From the human T2T-CHM13v2.0 reference genome, Homo sapiens: a stretch of 64,000 bases of DNA. The stretch is from the NCBI RefSeq assembly GCF_009914755.1, contig NC_060928.1. The stretch is one strand, 5' to 3'. The notes under the pieces were generated by a model. That model worked only from the letters and a program-made list of their open reading frames with translations, made no database searches and had not been told where the DNA came from. The position numbers and the translations under genes were made by a program. Of the stretch, positions 14,441-26,662 are shown piece after piece (positions within the stretch are counted from its first letter, which is position 1; each line of letters starts with the position of its first letter).

Positions 14441-15364
14441 TTTCTTATTTAAGCCAAATGAAGTCCACGTGAAGTACTGCTTTCATTCTGAGAATGTTTG
14501 AATTTTTTTATTAATGAGAAACTATTTACCTATTTTTAAGAAATAATGGGAGTAGTGGAAATAGATGATAGTTTTTAATCACTTATTTATCTTTTACTGC
14601 TCAGAAATGGAAACTACACTGAAAAGACAAATTTATTCTCAGGTTTTAAATGTATTTCATTGAAATAGACAATCCTAAGACCACTAGGCTAAATTCCCAG
14701 GTTTTTCACTTGCCACTTAAGTCATCCTTGTGAAGTCCATCGACTCCAATCCCCAAGAGTAAAAAATATATACATCATGGATTCAACTCACAGAATTATT
14801 GTGAGGATCAAGTGAAGTAAAGGATTGTATAATCTGTAGAGCACTAGGAAACTTTCCATGGTTATTACCGATAGAATGTGTGCCACAGCAGTTGCATTCC
14901 ATTCTAAATCTGTGCCTGAATGAAATAAATTCCATAAACACCAGCAAATGTGATTTCAGTATATCCCATAGTTATACTGTAATTATATTTCTTAATTTAT
15001 GATTCTGTAGTGAAAATTGTCAGTATGGATGTAACCAACTCAGTATCTCCTCTTGCATTGCCATAATGGTCATGATTCTAATGAAGAAAAAAGGACATCT
15101 GTTCACATAAATTCCATAATGTGCAGGCATGTGGCTTCAGCCAAAATGTGCTGGAAACAATCCAGTGTCTCCTTGTGATAACATTCCTAGTTAAGTGTCC
15201 TGGGAGTGATAACCTGGTGTGTTTGAATATCTCAGAAGACTCTTGGGGAAAATAACAGATCTGGCCACCTGATATACACATTTTCATGCAAAAGATGCTT
15301 GGATATAAGCATAATGGTGAGGTGGATAGAAATGTAAAATAGGGTCTATGAAGGAAATCTTACA

Positions 15365-15417
15365 AGGAAGGAAGGAAGGGAGGGAGGAAGGGAGGGACGG
15401 AGGGAGGGAGGGAGGGT
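15365..15417. repeat. (GGAA)n/(GGGA)n purine-rich repeat
   Basis: Direct reading of the sequence. Confidence 0.9.
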
Positions 15418-15859
15418 AGAGTGTACACAGTTCCCTTCGAAAAGGTTTCCAAGGCTTGACTGGCCCAGACACCTCACAGTAGCCTATGGAGTAATAGTCT
15501 CTGCCCCCATAATTCTCTACATATTTGTAGAGAATTATGTAGACAAACATCTTACCGTGAAGCTTGTGGATAAACAAATTTTCTAAATACAAAGGGCGTT
15601 TTTCTGAAGTGCAAGGTACTCTAAAGATGTATCAGACCTACCTAGCCAGTTCCTTGCTGTTTTTAAAGTGATTGAGCCTCTGGGAACAATGATATTTGCC
15701 TCTTCTCACATATCATGCTGAATTTGTTTAGGCAATTTTTAAGCATTAATGCACAGTCCTTCTGGTTGTTAGCAACTTTTTCTTGAATATCTAGAAAAGA
15801 ATTCATATAAATATGAATCCCATTGAAGATTTAAGAAAATGCATTACCTGTCTTCTAGG

Positions 15860-15960
15860 ACAGTGGTTCTCAAACTTTAATGTATGAAAAACCTCACCTG
15901 AGAATCTCCTTCAATATTGCAAGCTCTTAGGACAGGAAATTATTACAGATGATTCAATTC
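15860..15960. mobile_element. MER5A-like (hAT-Charlie) fragment
   Basis: CAGTGGTTCTCAAACTTTAATGTATG...CACCTGAGA resembles the MER5 TIR and adjacent sequence. Confidence 0.55.
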
Positions 15961-16564
15961 AGGGAGGCTATTTAGCATATTTCTCAAAAAATCCAATTGT
16001 ATAAACAAGCTACTTAAAGATTTCATTATAAATAAAAGTTGTAGCAACTGACTAATTAACAGACATGATTGCACTCATTCACTATCCTTCAAATTAGTCA
16101 CCTTAGCAACCTATATACTTAGCTAACTATGGGACCACCCTTGTAAGCATTCAATAATTGTTTTTACAAAAACTCCCTTACAATTTTGGCATTGTCCATT
16201 GGATGAAAACTGTCATCCTTTTGTGCGTGTATATAAATATATTTAGTGCTTTCAGTCATTTAGGGAAAAATATACATAGTTATTTGAGAGATGATGAGTA
16301 AACACATTTTGCAGGAGAAAAATAGCTGAAAGAAAATACAAAAAATGATAAGAATCTGCATAGGTTTCACAGCATTTCTTAATAAATTTTTGTTATTGGA
16401 TCACATGATGCCATGTTGTCTTTTTCATTACACAGAGCTGGTCTTAAAATTACATACACACTCTATGTATTCAGAACAAAATAGAAAACTACAAGGAAAC
16501 CAAAAGTGAAAATGTTAAGCAACTACACAAATACTTAAACCAGCAATTCTTTCTCTATTCTCTA

Positions 16565-16770
16565 ATGGTTAGGTTGAGACCCTGTAGTGAATCCCAGTTC
16601 AAATGCCCATCCTACCACTTATTAGCCTTGTAACCTTGGGCAGATTAACCTTTTTTTTTGCCTTATTTTCCTAAGTCAGAGGATTAATGTGAATTTTACA
16701 TGAGTCAATTCATGTAAAGCATTCATAACTGTTCGTGTTATAGTTTGTACTTAATTGAATTAGATGTCAC
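16565..16770 (+). mobile_element. MIR SINE
   Basis: AGTTCAAATGCCCATCCTACCACTTATTAGCCTTGTAACCTTGGGCAG...ATGTAAAGCATT. Confidence 0.7.
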
Positions 16771-17386
16771 ATCTACTGCTGTAGTCATTATTTTTAATAT
16801 TTTTGCCTGTATTTCTTTAAAAATAGATTGTTAAGACTCCATAGGCTACCTCCTTAGCTGTCCCTATTTGTAAGTATATGAAGAATCAGTGGAAAGGAAT
16901 CTAGAAGTAAAACATAAAGCTATTATCATAGTCTAAGTACTCACTTTACAGGAGTCCACATAACAAACATCTTAGAAAATAACTAAAGGTTGCTATTGTT
17001 TTTCTCCAAAATTTCACACACAAAAAAATCAAAAATAAAAGAATATTGACATACAATTGTCCTGTATGTTAGTTCTTGTTTACTTAATCAGTTTTCAGTA
17101 TACACAGACATAACATGGGTAACTGAAGTGACATTGGAATAACATTTGGTAAAGCTGTGAAATGAAAAGAAACTATTTAAAGCTCTCAGGTCATAAGTCC
17201 ATCAAAGAAAACAGTTGTCACATTGTATCCTTTTATAAAGTAATTATCCCCCATGGTGTGTGATCTTGTATGAGTATTTCCTTTTTTGAAGAGAGATGAA
17301 CCTGTAATTAGTCATGCATTTGAAAATTGGTATGCATTCTTCCTTCTCTTACAAAAAAATTAATATTCTTGGTTCGAGAATAGAAA

Positions 17387-17609
17387 TTATAGCACAACAG
17401 AGTGACTATAGTCAACAATAATTTTTTGTACCTTTAGCAATAAATAAAAGAGTATAACTGAAGTGTTGGTAACACAAAGAAGTGATAAATGCTTGAGGTG
17501 ATGGAGATTCCATTTACCCTGATGTAATTATCATACATTGTGTTCCTGAATCAAAATGCATGTCTCATGTATACACCTACTATATCCATGAAATTAAAAA
17601 ATTTTAAAA
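17387..17609 (+). mobile_element. L1MA (L1MA2/3-like) 3' end with TSD
   Basis: ATAGCACAACAGAGTGACTATAGTCAACAATAA...ATAAATGCTTGAGGTGATGG...TTACCCTGATGT; TSD AGAATAGAAA at 17377-17386 and 17610-17619. Confidence 0.85.
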
Positions 17610-18512
17610 AGAATAGAAAATAAAATATTGGCAGAAATAGTGAAAATTAAATTTGGAATTGAATATATAAACACACCATAATAAAAATGAATTCGAGTCT
17701 TAATTCAAATAGTGTATTTAACACATTTGTAAGGATATACTGTAAATTCACCCTTTTTTCCTAGTCCCATGTCAATCAGTTCATAATTTTATTAAATGCA
17801 TATTCAAATTATTAATAATTTTCAAGTCCCCTGTGCCTCTCTCCAAGATAAGTAATTGGTGTCACAGAGGGTTTATTATTGAATTCTCAGTTATATTAAA
17901 AAATTGATTCTAATTCTAGTGTTTTAATTACTGCTTAATATCAGGCAAAATCTTTCTTTTCTATTATACTTTGTATTAATATAATAAATTGCTCTAGATG
18001 GTGCTGAACAATCATCTAAAGAAAAGGCAACATGGCAAAGAAAACTATGATGTTTCTTTGGTAAAAGAATCAGAATTATTATTAAATTATTTAAGAGAGT
18101 ACTATTATACTTCAAGGTCATTATCACATTGACTCTACAGTTTCAGTTTGTAAACTTAAATATGGTAATTCATCAGATTTAGAATACTGAATTGAATATC
18201 TATTGATTACAAAACATCTCTTAGAAATTAATTTCAGAACATAATCCTAATAACAAATAGACTTTTAAAAAACTGACCGTTTTATTAAAACATAGGTTCA
18301 GGTATTGGGAAACAAAGTAGCTCAAAATTGAGGACCGGTAAGTATCCAAAATTTATAAACATATTTGTATATTAATAACTCTGCTTACAAAGCAATTGTT
18401 TTATGACTTACTCTGTTATCAATATTAATGTTTCTACTAACTTTCTGCAAAGTACAAAGTCATAATGAAAATGACATGCAGTGGCAACTTATATTTTGTT
18501 AATTATTTCCTT

Positions 18513-21230
18513 TAGATCAAGATGTCTGACTAGAGGCATTCAAAACTAGCCTCTTCCACGATGTACAACTGAAACAACAAATAGATAATAACTACATGAC
18601 AAATAATGTATCTAAGAGAGAAACTGGAATTCAGCAAGGAAGTGATGAAGACCCTTTGATGCACAGAAACTCAGGATGGCAGTGCAGAGAAAGAGGTAAC
18701 ACACCCAACTATGATTGCTCAGAGGCAAGAGGGACTTGCCATGGTGAGGAAAAGGTAAGCAGGAGATGTCCAGCAGTCCACATTTCTACCATGGGCAGCT
18801 GCAATTCTAACTATAGGAGAACCCCAAAGCCTCATAAGCCCTGATCCCAGTATAGGGAGCTGCCTGGAGTCCATGTGAGTACTTTACTCCAGAGAGAGGG
18901 AACTCACATTGGGTCATATCTCATATTGCACAGAGAATTTTGAGAGTGCTATGTGAGCAGAACTCCCATTAGAGTGCATCCTGGTGGATGTTCCTGGGAC
19001 CCAGTATTCCTGCATCTCCACACCCCTGAGGCCATGCTGACATCCCATCACATCCAACCAAGAACTTCAACGTCACAACATTAGGGGAACCTAGTGACCC
19101 AAGCCTTTGAAAATCCTTACACTGTGGGGAGCAGGTGGTCCCGCACAGTGGGAAGGTTGCCCCCAAAACAGAGCTAACCAATGTACCTACCCAAAAGAGC
19201 CTGAGAGCCACCTGTGTGGGGTGGATGCTGCCACCAGCAATCCCATCACTTCTAACAGTAAAGCTGCTATGCACCTGTGTGTGCACTACTAGAGCAATGA
19301 CTGGCCTGCTTAGTGTCTGCATCCCCAGCAAAGTTGTGCCACAGGCTCAACAACAACAACAACAACACAGCCTAGGTTACTGAGATACCTCTGACATTGA
19401 TGACACCCAAAGAAATCATATGGAGACTACACCACTGCAACAACCCAGGACCAAAGCCAAAGCATTCTACCTAAGTGACATTATTGGATACATCCACAGG
19501 AAAAAAAAATTCCCTATGAAAGCTACTGCACGAAACTGTTCCACCGGATGCATAGATATCAATGTAAAAGCTCAGGAAATCTGAAAATGTAAGGAAGCGT
19601 GTTACCTCCAAAGGATCACAATAATTCTTCAGTAAAAGATCCACAGTAAAGTGACATTATTGGATACATCCAGAGGAAAAAAATTTCCCTATGAAAGCTA
19701 CTGCACGAAACTGTTCCACCAGATGCATAGATATCAATGTAAAAGCTCAGGAAATCTGAAAAAGTAAGGAAGCATGTTACCTCAAAAGGAACACAATAAT
19801 TCTTCAGTAAAAGATCCCCAAAAAAAGAAAATTTAAGAAATGCCAGAAAAAAAATCAAAATAATGACCCTAAGAAAACTCACTGAGACACAAGAGAACAC
19901 AGATAAAAAAATCCAAAAAATTAGAAAAACAATTAATGATGGGAAAATTGGAGAACTTAATGAATAAAAAAATTATTGAGAACTTTAATAGGCTAGATGA
20001 AGTAAAAAAAAATTTCTAAACTTAAAAACTGATCTTTTGAAATAACAGAGTCAGACAAAAAAAAATTAAAAAATGAGGAAAGCCTACAAGACATATGGGC
20101 CACCATTAAGCAAGCATATATTTGTATTATGGGAGTTCCAAAAGGATAAAAAGTAAGAAAAGGAATAGCAAACCAATTTAATGAAGTAATAGCTGAAAAC
20201 TTCTCTAGTCTTGGGAGAAGTATAAACACTCAAATACAGAAAGCTCAAAGATTCTGGTACCACAGAAATACAAAGAATCATTAAAAATTATTATGAACAA
20301 CTATATGGCAACAAAGAAGAAAATCTAGAGTAAATATATACATTCGTGTACACATATAACATGCTGAGATAAACCAGAAAAACAACAATAACAATAAAAA
20401 CAGACCAATGACAAGTAATGAGATTAAATCCATAATAAAATGTCTCCCAAAAAAGAAAATCTGAGCACCGGATAGTTTCCCTGCTGAATTCTAACAAACT
20501 TTTGAAGAAGAACTAAAATAAATTTTCTCAAACTATTGAAAAAAAACGAAGAGGAAGAAATTCATTCTGACTCCTTATATAAGGCCAGCATTACCCTGAT
20601 AGCAAAACCAGACAGGGACAGAACAACAACAACAACAAAAACAGCCATAAGCCAATACCTCTGATGAACACAGATGCAAAAAATCCTCAGCAAAATACTA
20701 GCAAACCAAATCCAACAACACATCAAAAAGTTTATACACAATAATCAAATGAGATTTACCTCAGGGATGCAATGATGATTTAAAATACAGAAATCAATAA
20801 ACACGCTAAGTAACATCATTAGAATGAAGGACAAAAGTAGATGCAAAAAAGGAATTTGATAAAATTCAATATCCTTTTAATTAAAAACTCTCAACAAATT
20901 AGATATATTTATTTCATGAAAAAGCCAAAGACTCACTAAAAAACTCTCAGAGCAGATCAATGAATTCAGTAAAGTTATAGGACACAAAATCAACACATCA
21001 GTGTTTTTATATATGTGTAAAGAGGTAGCTGAAGAAGAAATTGAAAGCAATCCCATTCACAATAGCTACAAAAATAATAAAATACCTAGGAATAAATTTA
21101 ACCAGGGAGGTGAAAGATATCTACAACAAAATGTATAAAACTCTAATGAAAGAAATTGAAGAGGACACACAAAAAACAGAAAGAGAAAAAACATGCACAC
21201 GAGTTGGGAGAGTTACTATTGTTAAAGTGC
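18513..21230 (+). mobile_element. L1 (L1M1/L1MA-type) 5'UTR, ORF1 and ORF2 remnants, internally deleted and non-functional
   Basis: Starts CAAGATGTCTGACTAGAGGC (L1M 5' end); ORF1-like A-rich sequence at ~19820-20250; ORF2 motifs AAGGCCAGCATTACCCTGATAGCAAAACCAGAC and GATGCAAAAAATCCTC; ORF 21041-21301 reads [23 protein letters not shown] (L1 ORF2p). Confidence 0.9.
19473..19817 (+). repeat. Tandem duplication, 2 copies, 176-bp period
   Basis: AAGTGACATTATTGGATACATCC...CAGTAAAAGATCC at 19473-19642 and 19649-19817, with about 8 differences. Confidence 0.97.
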
Positions 21231-21379
21231 AGTATGAATTAATTTATATCATAGTTCATAATCTCTGTTATGAACTGTGCAAAATAGGCAGAATACATTA
21301 AAAACTAGGAGAGAGAAACAAAAGTACATTTTTTACATTTTCCATTTCTTTCTCCTTCCTCAGAAAATCTTTTTTACAT

Positions 21380-22130
21380 AGTTCTTTTAGCTTGCATTCA
21401 GATCATCCTGATTTGTCAATATCATCAATATTATGCTTATGTAATTCAACTGTGTGATTTGTATAGCTATAGTTTTTGTTTTTTGTGGCTATATGCCATT
21501 TCATTATTATAATGTATTAATTTTAATTGGACACTTTTGTTGTTTCCATGTTGGAGCTTCTATGACTACTACTGCTCTAACATTCTTTTAATGTCTTTTG
21601 GTACACTCAAAGTGTCTATCAATTGTGGATTATTGGGTTATATTTTTACTTTGCTATAAGGTTTTGCAAATCAGTTATCAAATGTATACTCCCATTTGCA
21701 GTGTATGGGAGTTTCAGTTGCTCCATATCCTTGATAATACATGATATTATCAGTCCTTTTATTTTTGGCTATGTGATAGTGATACCTCATGTAACTTTAA
21801 ATTTTATTTTTCTAATAATTATAATGAGCATCTCTTTATATGTTATTTGATAATATAGATATGCTCTTTTACTGAGTCCATGTTTCCATTTTTAATTGGG
21901 AAGTCTGCATTTTCTTATATTTTTATTGAGTTTGTTAATGCACTGTTTGTGAGTCCTTTGTATGATTTATAAACGGTAAGGATATTCCCCACAATAGACC
22001 TATCTTTTCATTTTTTTCTTGAAAACTTTTCAATATTAGGCCTTAATCTATTTCACTGCAATTTTTTTCCTTTGAGTTATGGCTTTTTGTGTCTTAAGAT
22101 ATTCTCCTATGTTAATTTCTAAACACTTTT
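21380..22130 (-). mobile_element. L1ME-type fragment
   Basis: GGACACTTTTGTTGTTTCCA, ATACTCCCATTTGCAGTGTATGGGAGTTTCAGTTGCTCCATATCCTTG and TTTAAATTTTATTTTTCTAAT are reverse-complement old-L1 motifs. Confidence 0.8.
21839..22013 (+). repeat. Inverted duplication, copy 1 (donor, inside the L1ME)
   Basis: The reverse complement matches 24034-24208 at 174/175 bases, checked by eye. Confidence 0.97.
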
Positions 22131-22169
22131 TGTAATCATGCTTTTAAAACAGCACTCTAGATACTATCT

Positions 22170-24033
22170 AAATAATATATGATAGGATGGAAGAAAGTGG
22201 GCAAAGAATTCCTTTATGAAACTGTTAGTGGTATAGTGAGATATAATCATTGTAAAGACAAAGAGAGAAGCAAAGAAGATAAAAGAAGTAGACTGAAATG
22301 AACCAGGTTTTAGAGGCAAGAGGGATTTTACTGCTGGCTTGAAAGCTCAAATTAAAAACAAGGTGTGGTTGAGGATAATATCTAATGGGATTTTTGTTTT
22401 GTTTTGTTTTACCTGCTTTGTTCTTTGCTTTTTGTTTCCTTTGTGTGAAAAGCTGTGACAATAATGTGAGAAAAACAAGTTGTGATTATATATTAAATCT
22501 CATAGTAAATATCAAATAGGCCATTATGTATGCAAAGCTAGTAATAGAGACAGGAGGCAGGCAAGGGTCACCCTGGAAACCTCGCCTTCCAGTCTAAAAC
22601 AGCCTGAAGGCTGAAAAACAGGACTGCCGGTCCAGGGAATCTCAGACAAGCCTGTTCGCTGGGAGGATTGAGTGGGGACTTGGGAAGTTCCTGCTGTTTA
22701 CAGCGGGGAGGAGCCTGGCCTCTCCTGTTCCTGTGTGGTAAACTGGGATTCAGTCTATGAGATGGGGGCCTATTAACAGGAACCCCTCTCACCTTGCTGA
22801 GTTTTTTCCTTTTCACCCAATAAATTCCGTTCCCCCTCACCCTTCAAAGTGTCTGTGAGCCTAATCTTTCCTGGTCCTGTGACAAGAACCTGGTTTTTCT
22901 TACAACACCTGAACTCACAGAAAAGGTTAGACTTGGAGATAGAATTTGCAGGAACAGCAAGAGTTGAGTCTTAAGGCTTTTCAACATTTAGCGTTCCAAT
23001 AGTAGAGAAAACGCAGGAGCAGAGAATGAGAAGTATCCATTGGGTAAAGGATAAAGCAGGAGAACAAGCATTTACAGAAATTTAGAGGAAAATGTGTTTC
23101 ATAAAAGGCAAGTGATTGGCACCTAGAATGATCCTGAAAGGTGACCTTAAGGAGAGGAGAAAAAAGTTTTAGTTTTTTGGTGGAAACAGAAAGCAGATTA
23201 GAGAAGGTGAAGGCCAGTAGGATTGTAGAATATTACAACAACAAATAGAGGCTATCCTTTGTATAATACTTTTTCCTTATTTTGAGAAGTTGCTTAGAAG
23301 AATGGGTTGGTATCTACAGGGAATACAGTTAAAGAGTTGGTTTTTTTTAAATAAAGGTAAAAATAAATAAATAAGGACATGTTTAGGCCATGGGAATGAT
23401 TGAGTTGAGTGAAAAAGATTAACAATGGTGAATAAAGCAAGGCTGAAACAGAGTCCTTGAAAAAAAGGATGCTCTAGCACCCAAAGCACAAGATAAAGAC
23501 CTAGTCTTTGAGGTTAAGGAATCTTCTTTCATTGTAACAGAAGGGACAATTGATAATTCAGTTATTGAGTCAAGTTTATGTGTAGATTCATTGATAAGAA
23601 GATGAGATGTTTTCTACATCTTCTTCCTCTCCACAGTGAAGACTAATACGATTCCATGGCCTTCAAGTGAGTTAGGAGAAGGAAGTGTTAAGATTTATCA
23701 GGACAAATGAAGACAGACATCAGCTTGAAGAGACAGAAAGTGAATTTACCAGGCAAAAAATAAAATATTCAGGTGGTGTTGAGAGATTATTTTAGGTCTA
23801 TGTTTTACAGTAAATTTAAAATCAAATTCCTTTAGCCTGGTTTTGTGATATTTGCTGTAATGTCCAATTGCTTGGGTATATGCACAGAGAATGTAGACAG
23901 ATAAAATAATAGTTCTACCAAGATTTTAGATTTGCCAGCCCCCACCCGCCCAAAAAAGAAAAGGAGGGCAGCATGGGGAATGGGATAGGATTGCAAATGA
24001 ATGGTTTTGATGATGGACCATGAGTATAGAGTG
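22170..24033 (-). mobile_element. L2 LINE fragments, interrupted by MER48
   Basis: Purine-rich reverse-complement L2 motifs: GACTTGGAGATAGAATTTG, AGAGGAAAATGTGTTTCA, GGTGACCTTAAGGAGAG, GGAAACAGAAAGCAGATT. Confidence 0.65.
22542..22907 (+). mobile_element. MER48 solo LTR (ERV1)
   Basis: GACAGGAGGCAG...CTAAAACAGCCTGAAGGCTGAAAAAC...GGAGGAGCCTGGCCTCTCCTGTTCCTG...CCCAATAAA...GTGACAAGAACCTGGTTTTTCTTACAACA. Confidence 0.8.
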
Positions 24034-24208
24034 AAATGAAAAGATAGGTCTATTGTGGGGAATATCTTTACCGTTTATAAATCATACAAAGGACTCACAA
24101 ACAGTGCATTAACAAACTCAATAAAAATATAAGAAAATGCAGACTTCCCAATTAAAAATGGAAACATGGACTCAGTAAAAGAGCATATCTATATTATCAA
24201 ATAACATA
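24034..24208 (-). repeat. Inverted duplication, copy 2 (inserted copy)
   Basis: Reverse complement of 21839-22013 with a single substitution. Confidence 0.97.
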
Positions 24209-24599
24209 GACTAGGAGAAGCCTAATATCTGAAATTTTATCTGCTTCTGCATACCTATACTTTGTGAGTTTTTATTCTTTATGTTTTAAAGCTTTTTTCT
24301 TACAATAGACATACATTTTATGATTTAAGAAAAAAATAAACTTTTAAAATGGTTTCAACAATAATACTGATCAATAAAATATAGAATATTCATACAAAGA
24401 AATATGATATAGCAATTAATATATGATATCTACTCTTAAGTAAATAATACTTACATTAGACTATTGCACATAATTTCCACATACATGATTATATAAAATA
24501 TGTCTTAATATAATGATCAGCCAATATACAATATGTTCATTTAAGTTTTATATGTATTAATTTACAAAAGCCACATGAAGTATACATATACACATAATC

Positions 24600-24750
24600 C
24601 ATGATTCCCATTGCATTGCTTAGGAAATTGACCCTCTGGGAGACTGTGTCATGTGCCCAGTGTCACATAGCTAGTAAGTGGTAGAGCTGAGATTTGAATG
24701 AAGGTCATCTGCATTGAGGGTTTTGGTCCATTACTATTATACATCATATA
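24600..24750 (-). mobile_element. MIR SINE
   Basis: TGCCCAGTGTCACATAGCTAGTAAGTGGTAGAGCTGAGATTTGAA is the MIR core. Confidence 0.8.
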
Positions 24751-25634
24751 AGCATAGAGAGATATCTGAAAGGATTCACTATTAAAATAATAACATCAAT
24801 GCTTGCTTCTCTCTGTTTGATAACTTTTAAAAAATGTGTCATTTATCTGTCTTTTCTAATGTTTTACAATATAAAAGTCTTGTGTGATTTCAAATGAAGT
24901 AGAATATAATTATGAAGAGAGGTGAAAATTTTCTATAACCTGAATTAGTGCTTTTTCAAAAGCAAATAGAAGTCACGCAGACATAAAGTGCTTTGTTGGA
25001 TACAGCGTGCTACAGGAGTTCAGACTGAGGAAATAACCTCTGCCTTATATTGAAAACTACAAGACTTCTCTTTCTGCCTTTAAAAGATTGAGGCTCACGG
25101 GGTAGAATCTTCTATTATGTCCGTATTTAAAATTACATAGCACAAAATAAAAATCTAACATATAATTGACTGAACACATGCTATCCAATCTTGAATGGAA
25201 GGATTAATCTTAGTGAATATATTTAGACACTAGAAGAATTTGTCACAGGCAAATTATCAGTATAATTGACTACTTTCTTATCTTTATTCTTCACACAGTT
25301 TTCACTTACTTGCTATTTTTTCTTTCATTTAATATATATTTCTAATCATAAATGAATTATAATTCACCTATAGCCATCCAGATAGTAAGTTTGGAAAAAT
25401 GTAACTGGTATTTTAAGCATACTTGTTGCAAATAACAGTATATAGTGTACTTGAACCAGTATCTGAGGACCCATAGCAATAGCAGTTCCTGAATCTGGAT
25501 GTGACTTGCTTATTCATTTATGATACATATTTAGTCATATACATGTTTAAATAATCTACTCAAAATTGGGAATAACATAATATGGCAAAGTAGGAAAATG
25601 TCACGAAGTTTCACTCAGAAATATAGGTTATAAC

Positions 25635-25760
25635 TAGGTGGCCATAAAATTTATTAAGCAATACTGGGCAATTTGGGAAGCTAAATAGGTGCAATAAAAA
25701 TTATTCCATGTAGTGGCATAAACACCAAATATCCTGGGTAATCTGGTTGTACAATCAATT
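25635..25760 (+). mobile_element. MER94-like (hAT-Blackjack) DNA transposon
   Basis: TAGGTGGCCATAAAATTTATT...ACTGGGCA...GGCATAAAC...TCCTGGGTAATCTGG resembles MER94. Confidence 0.55.
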
Positions 25761-26359
25761 CAGTTATAATCCTTATTCTCCCCTGATGATCATTTACATT
25801 TATTCATGTAAATGTATAAATGTATTATTGTAGTCTTATCTTAATTTCTATTCATGTAAATGTATAAACGTATCTTATCTTGAGATAAGACTACAATAAT
25901 AAATAATATGTGAAATATTATTTAAGAAGTTTGTACTTTGTGAAAGAAAGCAATCTATGGAGGACACAATTGGCTCAATATCTGGTACAGTGGATAATGC
26001 CATTCTAGAATCTGAATTATTCTTTTTGAATCAATAATTGGTATCAAAATCAAAGGCAACTTCAACAAACTCATTTTAAAGGTCAAAAATTTCTACTGCT
26101 TCAGCAACCCATACTCAGTGACCACTTTTCAGACCTTATCAGTATCTGAATCTTAACACCAAAACCCATAAATTCCAACATGCCAATAGCTTGGTTAACA
26201 ATGATCTCACAGAATTCCAAAAGAGTGATTGAAATAAGGAAAGGTTAGCACAGTGGAATTCTATTTTCAGATCAGTTTAGGACCTGAACCAAAATGTAAA
26301 TAGTCATTGGGAGAGAAAATGGATTCTAGAGATAGTGTGAATGTAAAAATTAACCGATT

Positions 26360-26662
<303 letters not shown>

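Noticed and set aside
16070-16220. Possible MARNA (mariner-like) relic
   Set aside because: Only a short motif (CAAATTAGTCACCTT...CTATATACTTA) resembles it; too diverged to call.
19473-19817. Direct repeats as a CRISPR-like or other repeat-spacer array
   Set aside because: Only two long adjacent copies inside an L1 in primate DNA; no spacers and no associated genes.
21041-21301. Reverse-transcriptase-related ORF as an active or novel RT system
   Set aside because: It is a fragment of L1 ORF2p in a deleted, frameshifted L1; the RT core appears to be missing at the ~20910 junction.
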